A program made the position numbers and the translations under genes. Positions 11,341 to 20,000 of a DNA stretch of 20,000 bases are shown here, in pieces. Location: positions 549,940 through 569,939 of the forward strand of contig MU004233.1 in the NCBI GenBank assembly GCA_010405405.1. Reading direction: 5' to 3'. This stretch comes from Microthyrium microscopicum (lineage: Eukaryota). Numbering within the stretch: position 1 is the first letter of the stretch; each line of letters begins with the position of its first letter. Below the pieces are notes generated by a model. That model was given only the letters and a program-made list of their open reading frames with translations. It was not told the origin of the DNA and ran no database searches.

Positions 11341-11940
11341 TTTTAAACCTATAGTAAAACTACGCTAAAGTAAACTCTTAATATATTATTTAATAACTAA
11401 GGCTTATTTTAGTAATATTAATATAAGTTAGTATTTTAGAATTTTAGTATTAAAAATAAGGTTAATAGCGTAGTTATATTTACTATAGTAAAGTATAAAA
11501 ATATTTAAACACTTTAGATTAAAGACTTTAAAATATTAGTAAAAATATTCTAAGATAAGTTTTAAGATCTCCTCTTTTAATAAGTAAGAGTAATCTTACT
11601 TATCTTACTATTTAAGATAATCTTCCTTTAATATAGTATATATAATAAGGTTTATAGTAAATTTATTATTATTATCTTTATTACTATTAAGAGGTTTTTT
11701 TTCTTTTTTATTATTAAAATCTTTAGGCTAGAATATATTAACTATAACGTCTTTATATTTTATTAGTTTCTTAAATACTACTATAGATATAAAAGTAATA
11801 TCTAATTCTTTAGGTAATTCTAAGTTTATAAATCGTCCTTTTAGGTTTATAGTAATTAAGTATTATAATATAATATAATTTATAATATATCTTATACTAT
11901 AGAAGGTTAATATTCTTAAACTTCTATATAGGTTAACTTT

Positions 11941-12200
11941 ATATTAATCTAACTAGAATATTTCTAAGATTAGATTATAAGAGGCTACTTCTATAATAAA
12001 ATAGCTAATCTACTTAATATAGTATCTAATACGTAGGTTAAGGATAGTAGCTTTATTAATTATAGATACTAACTTATTATTAGTAAGTATTACTAAGCGT
12101 AGATATATAAGTTAAAAAGTAGGAATACTATATTACTAAAGATAATAAGGGTTAATAATTCCTATTATACTACTATTAATATTAATTAAAATACTAGCGT
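11941..12200 (-). pseudogene. Aspartic protease domain relic
   Basis: Reads LININSS (inferred LIDTGS; catalytic codon 12181-12183), LTNNK (LADGK), and SYNLILEIF*LD (SYDLILGMPWLD) at 11947-11982. Confidence 0.8.
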
Positions 12201-12299
12201 TAGAGTAGGTTAAATACTATAGTATAAATACTAAGCTAATAGTAGTCTATTATAATTTAATAATAGAATCTTTCTTTTTAATATCTTAAGGCTATGCTA

Positions 12300-14700
12300 C
12301 TAGTATAATAGAGACTAGTAAGATATAGATAGCATATAAGTATACTAGTAAGACTTATTCTTTATAAATAGCATCTTTATACTTAAGGTACTAAATATAC
12401 TAGTAAAAGTAGCTAAGTATCTTCTTAGTCTTCTCTTATATCTTCTTTTTAATATTTTTATAGTCTTCTTTAGCTTAATGAAATATTTCTTTAGCTTTCT
12501 TAATATTTTAGTACTACTCTTTATTATATTAATAAAATATCTTCTTTATATACTTAATATTAGCATTAAAGGTATGTTTCTTTTTTTTATTATATGCTTT
12601 AGTTTTATTTAGCTTCTCTTTATAGCTTAGTAAAGAAGTATCTAGTTTAAAAACTAATAATTATTATTCTTAGTAGTATTCTTTATAGAGAGTTACTATT
12701 CTTTTTAAACTTTTATAAATATTACTACTAAAGGTATAACTAAGGCTTTAATCTTATTATTAGATAAGGGTTTCTAATCTTTATATAGTATAGTCTTATT
12801 AAAGTAGTAGTAACCCTTTTACTTATAATAAATATAACGTTTATCTATTTTTAAGGTATTAAAGACGTCTATAAGATAGTTAATATTACTAGTTTTATTA
12901 TTTTAGGCCTCTTTATTAGTAGACTAATTATTATTATAGCTATAAGAGGTATTATTTATAGTAATAGGCTTATAATTAATTTAGTGCGCAACTAAGTAAA
13001 GTTAAGCGTAAAATATAGTAAAACTACTAAAATACTAGCTTACTAGTAGGTTTATAAACTTATAATTAATAAGATTTTATAATTTAATAATCTTTTTATA
13101 CTTAGATAGTTCTATATCTATTAAATTTATTAAGAAATAGTTAATAAAGGCTTAAAGACTTTCTATATCTTTTATCTTAGTATCTAAAGACTTTAACTAT
13201 ACCTTAATATTTTTAAAAGCGTTCTTAGANNNNNNNNNNNNNNNATAAATAAACTTAATCTTCTTCTTTTTAATAAGGACGTATAAGTATATATTCTTAT
13301 TAAGAAGTATATCTAATATCTTTTCCTTCTACTATTTATAATACGTAGGTTTACCTTTAAAATTACTAGGTTCTTTAAACTTTATAAGTATTACTAAAGA
13401 GGTATTATTAGCTACTAATAATAGTAAGATATAGTATATTCCTTAGGCTTAAAGCTATAAATATAAAACTACTAGATACGTTACTTATAATATAGAATAA
13501 TCTAAAAAGATATTATCTTCTAAATTATCTAAGTTAATATAGGCTTAATTTAAATTTATTTAAAGTCTATTCTTAAGTTCTTAGATCTAGTAATAAAAGT
13601 TAATAACTAACTTATAATATTATAGATTAGTATTATACTTCTTTACTAATTTAGTAAGAGTTACTTATTTATTTAAATAAGTAGTAGTTAGTACTAACTT
13701 ATAATTATAGTAAATTTAGCTAGTAAGCGCTTTAAGATCTATTATTATCTACTAATAGGTAGCTATCTCTTTTTATAGTACTTCTACTAATTTACTTAGT
13801 TAACTTACTTCTATATTAGTGTCTATAAGTTCTTCTACTAGCTAATCTTAAAGTTTTTAAGCAAACTAGTAATATATTATTATAGTTTAATTAATTACTA
13901 ATATAGTATATAATTATTTAAAGAATTAATCTTCTTCTATAAAGTTAATATATTAGTCTAGATACTTACTATTAGATATTAATATATAATATTTCTAAAG
14001 AGTAGTAGAATTATTAGGATTATCCTAAAGAACTACTAATATCTACTTTCTTATTTCTAGTTCTACTCTATATAATATCTATATAAATAAAGGCTTTATA
14101 CTAGTAAGTAATATAACTTTACTATTAAGGTCTACTAGTTCTAAAGGTAGATAGAGTAAAAATAATATAAGAATGTTATAAGGTTCTTTTTTACGTACTA
14201 ATAATTCTAGCTAATAGTAAATATTACTAAGTAATCTTACTTTTAATGCGCCTTTATCTAGTAGACTACTAATAATAGTACTAGAGGTTAATATCTCTTT
14301 ACCTTTTAATCCTAGCTTTTTTATTATACTTACTAGCGTAATAAGTACTATAGTTAATAGTTTAGTAATAATCTTATAAAGTTATTAAATATTAATACTA
14401 ACTTAAGTATTCTAATAAAGGAATTCCTTATCTTTATTATCTAAAGCTACTTTAGGTAATAGAGGTAACTTTTTAATAGATTTAACTACTAGGATACTTT
14501 CTTACTATAGCGTTAACGTAATAGTAAACTATTAATTAGTTCCTATATCTAGGACGACTAGCTTCTTAGTAAAGTAGCTATCTTTACTATAATAGGATAA
14601 AACTAAGTAGCTTTAAATACTAATACTACTATACTTATAGGCAATATAAGAGTTACTTAAGGATACTAGTTTAAGACTAGGAATAAGTAGCGCCTTACTT
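12300..14700 (-). pseudogene. gag: Probable gag region (boundaries uncertain)
   Basis: Position between PBS and protease only. No motif could be read with confidence, and it contains a 15-nt gap. Confidence 0.55.
13230..13244. other. Assembly gap (15 N)
   Basis: Run of N. Confidence 1.
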
Positions 14701-15110
14701 ATAGTAATATATAGCTAAATAATATAGTATTTCTTAATAAATTAGAACTAATTTAATAGATTTAACGGATATAAATTAGTAAGAAATAAGGTAAGTATAT
14801 TTTATAGTTAATAAAGAGGAAGTAGTATAAATACCTCTATAAATCTAAGAAGAATACTATAAGGCAAAGCTTAGGCCTCTAAGTAGTTTTTATTCTAGTA
14901 AATAACGCTAAATTTGTATTACTCTAGTTAATATTTATAAATTTACTAGTACCTTTAGCAACGCTAATCCTAATTAAGGGTAGTATTACTAAATACTAAT
15001 TAGTTAGATCTATAGTATAACTATAGTAATCTAATAGAAATTATTAAACACCTCTATACGTTTATTAATAATACGCAAAATATATATAGAGTATAAAATT
15101 TAATATAGAG

Positions 15111-15122
15111 GTACTTAGATTA
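15111..15122 (-). other. Primer-binding site, probably self-priming type
   Basis: Minus-strand TAATCTAAGTAC directly follows the 5' LTR. Plus-strand GTACTTAGAT (15111-15120) is the reverse complement of LTR ATCTAAGTAC (7777-7786 perfect; 15176-15185 9/10). Confidence 0.72.
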
Positions 15123-15345
15123 TATAAGGAGCTAACAAGCGTAACAAGCAAGTAGAAAGTAGCTAGTATTATAGGATCTAAGTATAGAGAGAAGAGATCT
15201 AAAAATATAGCTATAGATATAAAGAAGTAGGAGCCTAGAATATCCTTAGGCATACTAATCCTAAATAGGATAAAGAGATCTTATTTATAGGATTAGATCT
15301 TAGCATCTAAATACTATAATACTAAACCTATAAGGATTCCTTATA
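15123..15345 (-). repeat. 5' LTR (223 bp)
   Basis: TATAAGG...CCTTATA (RIP form of TGTAAGG...CCTTACA). About 90% identical to 7724-7946. Confidence 0.95.
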
Positions 15346-15350
15346 TAACT
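15346..15350. repeat. Target-site duplication, right copy (TAACT)
   Basis: Matches 7719-7723. Confidence 0.8.
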
Positions 15351-15379
15351 AATTAATACTTCTAGTAGCTTCTTTCTTA

Positions 15380-15553
15380 TCTATAATAGCTATACCTAGA
15401 TAGGCTATAATAAAAGCTATTATAGTTACTAGTATAAGTACCTTCTCTATAATAGCTATACCTAAATAGGCTATAATAGAAGTTATTATAGTTGCTAGTA
15501 TAAGCACCTTCTCTATAATAGCTATACCTAGATAGGCTATAATAGAAACTATA
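15380..15553 (+). repeat. 66-bp tandem repeat, about 2.6 copies
   Basis: CTATAATAGCTATACCTAGATAGGCTATAATA at 15381, 15447 and 15513. Confidence 0.93.
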
Positions 15554-15673
15554 GTAGAAATATTACTAAAAATAGCAAAGTAAGCTAGCTTTCCTTAAGA
15601 GTATTAATTTTAAGTACTAGGAACTATAAAAGAGTACGCATAATATTATAATAGGTGCTTCTAAACTCCTATA

Positions 15674-16004
15674 AGACTCTATACTATTAATTTAGTAAAA
15701 TAGAGCAATTATAGTTCTATAGAGCTTGTTTATACTTTAGCGTTAGCCTAAAGTAGGTAGTAGACTCTATACTATTAATTTAGTAAGATAGAGTAATTAT
15801 AGTTTTATAGAGCTTATTTATACTCTAGCGTTAGCCTAAAGTAGGTAGTAGACTTTATACTATTAATTTAGTAAAATAGAGTAATTATAGTTCTATAGAG
15901 CTTATTTATACTTTAGTATTAGCCTAAAGTAAGTAGTAGACTCTATACTATTAATTTAATAAGATAGAGTAATTATAGTTCTATAGAGCTTATTTATACC
16001 CTAG
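15674..16004 (+). repeat. 88-bp tandem repeat, about 3.8 copies
   Basis: AGACT(C/T)TATACTATTAATTTA starts at 15674, 15762, 15850 and 15938. Confidence 0.95.
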
Positions 16005-16227
16005 TAAAGGTATTATAAGTAGATAGTATAAAGAAAGAAAAAGAAGAGAAAGATAAATAAGGAAAGAAAGATATTTATACTCTACTAGCCTTTAAGAATT
16101 CTTCTTTAGGCAAGTTTAAACCTAATATTATAAGAGTAGTATTAGTCTCTTTAGGAAGTAGCTAGAATATACTTATAATAGACTTCTAAGAGATATTACT
16201 ACTATTAATATACTAAGCCTAGGCTAA

Positions 16228-16725
16228 AATACTAAAGCTATTAGCATACTTTAGTACTACTAATACTAAGGCTATTAGCATATTAGGGTAGTTAAGTCCT
16301 TAAAGTTAAGGGAGTAATAGCTTTTAAAGAACTATTAAGATTAAGAATATACTAGGAGCTAAATAGTAAAGATTAAATAGTAGCTAAAAGTAGTAAGAAG
16401 TATTACTTATACTTTACTATTACTAATACTAGGGCTATTAGTATATTAGGGTAGTTAAGTTCTTAAAGTTAAGGAAGCAATAGTAGTAAAAGAACTATTA
16501 AAGACTAGAAGACTAGATAATAACTAAAAGTAGTAAGAAGTATTACTAGTATACTTTACTATTAATACTAAAGCTATTAGCATACTAAAGTAGTTAAGTC
16601 CTTAAAGTTAAGAAAGTAATAGTAGTAAAAGAACTATTAAAGACTAAAAGACTAAATAATAACTAAAAGTAGTAAGAAGTATTACTAGTATACTTTACTA
16701 CTAATACTAAGACTATTAGCGTACT
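16228..16725 (+). repeat. 139-163-bp tandem repeat, about 3.3 copies
   Basis: TAATACTA..GCTATTAG-like core at 16261, 16424, 16563 and 16702. GTAGTTAAGT(C/T)CTTAAAGTTAAG is shared by three units. Confidence 0.9.
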
Positions 16726-16774
16726 AAGAAAGAAGGAAAGAAGAAGAGGAAGAAAAAGAAAGGTTAAAGAATTA

Positions 16775-16965
16775 TTATACCCTTATTATTAATCTTCTAA
16801 CTAATTTAGTATATTCTTTCTAAGGATTACTATACTCTTATTACTAATCTTCTATTTTAATCTAGTAGAGCTAAAGCTTAAGATAGTAAAGTACCTAGAT
16901 CTACTAAGAAAACTTGCTCTTTATATTCTTTCTAAGGATTACTATACCCTTATTACTAATCTTTT
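16775..16965 (+). repeat. Three copies of TATAC(C/T)CTTATTA(C/T)TAATCTT with a shared flank
   Basis: Copies at about 16776, 16831 and 16943. ATATTCTTTCTAAGGATTAC precedes two of them. Confidence 0.85.
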
Positions 16966-17101
16966 AATTAATATAGTATTCTTTATATACTTTATAGCTA
17001 GAGTATTTATATTATAGTATTAAATCTACTATCTTACAGAACGTAAGCTTCTATTTTAATTAAGGGTTATTCTTACTACTAATAATACTACTTATATAGG
17101 C

Positions 17102-17168
17102 ATACCTACTAGAACCTATTAATACCTACTAGAACTTATTAATACCTATTAGAACCTATTAATACCTA
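17102..17168 (+). repeat. 20-bp tandem repeat, about 3.4 copies
   Basis: ATACCTACTAGAACCTATTA repeated. Confidence 0.93.
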
Positions 17169-17340
17169 TATATCTATATATATCTTAATATATAGGTTAT
17201 AAATAGAAGGAACTACTACTAAGGTATTTAATTAAAATAATAGTAAATATTGCCTATATTACTTATAATAAGGAATATTATCTATCTTAAAAAGCTAAGA
17301 GTAGCTACTAGTAGTAGAAAGACTTATAAGATAATATAGT

Positions 17341-17899
17341 AAGCTTATCCTTTAAAGTAAGATAGCTAATTTAGTACCTAGATATTCCTAGCGTTTAAAA
17401 GGCTTATAGAATCCCTAATAGTTATTAATACCTATTGCAACGTATAGTATTAAGAAGGTATCCCTTATAAACCTACCCTTCTAAGTAAGATAGTTTACTT
17501 ATATACTTATTAATTCCTATATACTAATATAACTTATAGTACTACTTATTTTTAACTAAAGCTTTACTATAATTAGAAGATATCTCTAATAAACCTACCC
17601 TTCTAAGAGAAATAGCTAATTTAGTATCTAGATAATCCTATAGCTTAAAAGGTTTATAGAAATCTACGCGTTTATTAATACTTATATACTAGCGTAATTT
17701 ACAATACTACTTATTTTTAATAGAACCTTACTATAATTAGAAGGTATCCTTAGTAAACCTACTCTTCTAAGTAAGATAGCTAATTTAGTATTTAGATAAT
17801 TCTACTACCTAAAAGGCTTATAGAAATCTACGCGTTTATTAATATTTATACGTTAGCATAACTTATAAAACTACTTATTCTTAATAGAACCTTACTATA
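17341..17899 (+). repeat. 122-164-bp degenerate tandem repeat, about 4 copies
   Basis: AAACCTACCCTTCTAAGTAAGATAG-like heads at about 17341, 17469, 17591 and 17755. The last two units share GAAATCTACGCGTTTATTAATA. Confidence 0.88.
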
Positions 17900-18074
17900 C
17901 TTAATTCTATACTTATTATTAAGTTACTTTAAAATATATATAAAGAGTATTCTAGTCTTATAAAGTCGCTTCCTTTTACTTTATCTATAATTAGCTTATA
18001 TATACTATAGTAGGATAAACTAATAAATTAGTATATTATAAGATAGATTAAATATTAAAATCTTATTTCTTAGA

Positions 18075-18394
18075 TAAGATATAAGTACTTAAACTCTAAC
18101 TATTTTTCTCTAGTATAGTATAGAGTAAGGACTTTAGCTAGCTAATTATTATTACTATTAATAGTTAAAATTATATCTATAATAATATAGAAAGTATTAA
18201 GTACTATAAAAGTATCTTATTTAGGCTCTAGTAGATTATTAGTATTATTATTACTATTTAGTACTTAAACCTTTTTCTCTTAGATTAGATAAGAGTACTT
18301 AAATTTTAACTACTTTTATCTAGTATAGTATAGAGTTAGTAAGTATATAGGCTATTAGTATTATTATTACTATTTAGTACTTAAACCCTTTCCT
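18075..18394 (+). repeat. Interleaved direct repeats running into a gap
   Basis: AGTACTTAAA...TCTAGTATAGTATAGAGT at about 18084 and 18294. TATTAGTATTATTATTACTATTTAGTACTTAAACC at 18237 and 18354. Confidence 0.85.
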
Positions 18395-18843
18395 NNNNNN
18401 NNNNNNNNNNNNNNNNNNNNNNNNNNNNNNNNNNNNNNNNNNNNNNNNNNNNNNNNNNNNNNNNNNNNNNNNNNNNNNNNNNNNNNNNNNNNNNNNNNNN
18501 NNNNNNNNNNNNNNNNNNNNNNNNNNNNNNNNNNNNNNNNNNNNNNNNNNNNNNNNNNNNNNNNNNNNNNNNNNNNNNNNNNNNNNNNNNNNNNNNNNNN
18601 NNNNNNNNNNNNNNNNNNNNNNNNNNNNNNNNNNNNNNNNNNNNNNNNNNNNNNNNNNNNNNNNNNNNNNNNNNNNNNNNNNNNNNNNNNNNNNNNNNNN
18701 NNNNNNNNNNNNNNNNNNNNNNNNNNNNNNNNNNNNNNNNNNNNNNNNNNNNNNNNNNNNNNNNNNNNNNNNNNNNNNNNNNNNNNNNNNNNNNNNNNNN
18801 NNNNNNNNNNNNNNNNNNNNNNNNNNNNNNNNNNNNNNNNNNN
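18395..18843. other. Assembly gap (449 N)
   Basis: Run of N. Confidence 1.
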
Positions 18844-18959
18844 ATTTAGAGCTAGAGTAGTTCTAACTTTAAGTAAGAAGTATAAATAGTTTATTAGATT
18901 AGAATAATTCTAAATTAGCCTAATATAGAGTAAATAATACTATATACTAATAAGATACT

Positions 18960-19232
18960 TAGTACTTTAGTACTTAGAAATACTTACTACTAATAATATT
19001 AAAGGTAAGTAAGTTTAGAGTAATAGAATAATTATAGTTTATAATATAGTTAGTATTATAATACTTACTACTAATTATACTAAAGATAAGTAAGTTTAAA
19101 ATAATTAAATAGATACTAATATTATAACGTAGTTAGTATTATAATACTTACTACTAATTATATTAAAAGTAAGTAGATTAGAAGAAAGGTAATAGATCTT
19201 ATTTACTATATTATTAGTATTATAATACTTCT
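18960..19232 (+). repeat. 81-83-bp degenerate tandem repeat, about 3.3 copies
   Basis: TACTTACTACTAAT at 18981, 19062 and 19145. TTAGTATTATAATACTT recurs up to about 19230. Confidence 0.8.
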
Positions 19233-20000
19233 TATAAAGAATAATATCTAATATAATAGAAATACGTAAGAAGTTACTTAAATTAGCCTAAAGATTAGTA
19301 AAAGAGACCTAGATATTATATTTAGGCTTAGTAAGACTAGGCTTAGATTAGCTTATAAGTTAATAAGAGAGATAAGATTAGCGTCTATTATAGCATTATA
19401 TCTATATTACTTATAAATAAAGAAATATTTAAAATTAATTAGATTAGAATAGGTTTATAAATAGGAAGGGTAAAGGTAGTTATAAGTAAAGTAGTATAAG
19501 TTATAAGAGCTTTTTAGAAGTTAAGGTAATTTTTAAGTTATAAACTAAAAATACTAGATTACTAACTATACTTACTAATACTTAGTTAGCTTAACTAGCT
19601 CCTAAATAACCCTTTGCTAATAAGTAAGTAAATTTAATAATTTAAGCCCTTTTATTATAATATATATAATTAAACTAACTTAAAAATTTAGGTTAAAGTT
19701 TATTACTATTTCTAAAGTTATTAAACTTATTTTTTTCTTTAATATCCTAAGCTTAAGTATAATTTACTACTATACTAGTATTAAACTCTAGCTTAATATT
19801 TTTACTACTCTTAAGTATTATATATACTTAACCTAGAATTACTATATACTTTTTATTAAACGCCTTTACTTTACTAGTAAGTATTAAAACTCTAAGTATC
19901 TATATATCTTAAGAGTTATAATTATTCTCTCTAATCTAAATAGCCTCTAAAGACTAACGCTTTATAAAATTACTTTAAATTAAAGTATTATATATTATAT

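Larger units (their letters stand above)
8260..12220 (-). pseudogene. pol: pol polyprotein relic (protease-RT-RNase H-integrase-chromodomain); ends approximate
   Basis: All checked motifs fall in the same minus-strand frame. Many RIP-created stops (Trp/Gln/Arg codons changed to TAG/TAA). Confidence 0.95.
7724..15345 (-). mobile_element. Full-length Ty3/Gypsy LTR retrotransposon (chromovirus), RIP-inactivated, 7,622 bp
   Basis: Two 223-bp direct LTRs, a 5-bp TSD, PPT and PBS in minus orientation, and PR-RT-RH-IN-chromodomain order in the internal region. Confidence 0.96.
1..20000. other. RIP-saturated AT-rich repeat region (fungal AT isochore / heterochromatin)
   Basis: Seen: CA and TG dinucleotides are very rare, TA is abundant, and TAA/TAG stops fill all frames. 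Paired repeats differ almost only by C/T and G/A changes. This is the established signature of RIP. Confidence 0.96.

Noticed and set aside
12480..12620. Gag CCHC zinc knuckle and a gag-pol frameshift site
   Set aside because: No convincing C-x2-C-x4-H-x4-C spacing or slippery heptamer could be reconstructed.
15065..15253. 62-aa ORF from the supplied track
   Set aside because: It lies in the 5' LTR, PBS and leader. Its I/L/Y/F-rich composition is what RIPed AT-rich DNA gives by chance.
1..20000. Organelle DNA or an alternative genetic code explaining the many TAA/TAG codons
   Set aside because: Stops replace Trp, Gln and Arg alike, and catalytic residues are also hit by transitions, which fits RIP of nuclear DNA.

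Overview
Fungal (most likely ascomycete) AT-rich repeat DNA saturated by repeat-induced point mutation (RIP). CpA/TpG is almost absent, TpA is everywhere, and no intact gene survives. The centrepiece is a structurally complete 7,622-bp Ty3/Gypsy chromovirus on the minus strand (7724-15345). It has two 223-bp LTRs differing only by 23 transitions, a TAACT target-site duplication, a polypurine tract, and a pol relic with protease, RT, RNase H, D,D35E integrase, GPY/F and chromodomain motifs all in one frame. Its PBS is complementary to its own LTR, suggesting Tf1-type self-priming. The flanks are not recognisable transposases. They hold RIP-destroyed gene-like relics (one acidic protein with a possible Zn2Cys6 cluster, one with 12-aa repeats) and a dense patchwork of different tandem repeats. 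Several repeats look like minus-strand intron plus micro-exon units. There are three assembly gaps. The only ORF in the supplied track is spurious. All 'de-RIPed' peptides below are my manual reconstructions, not database matches.
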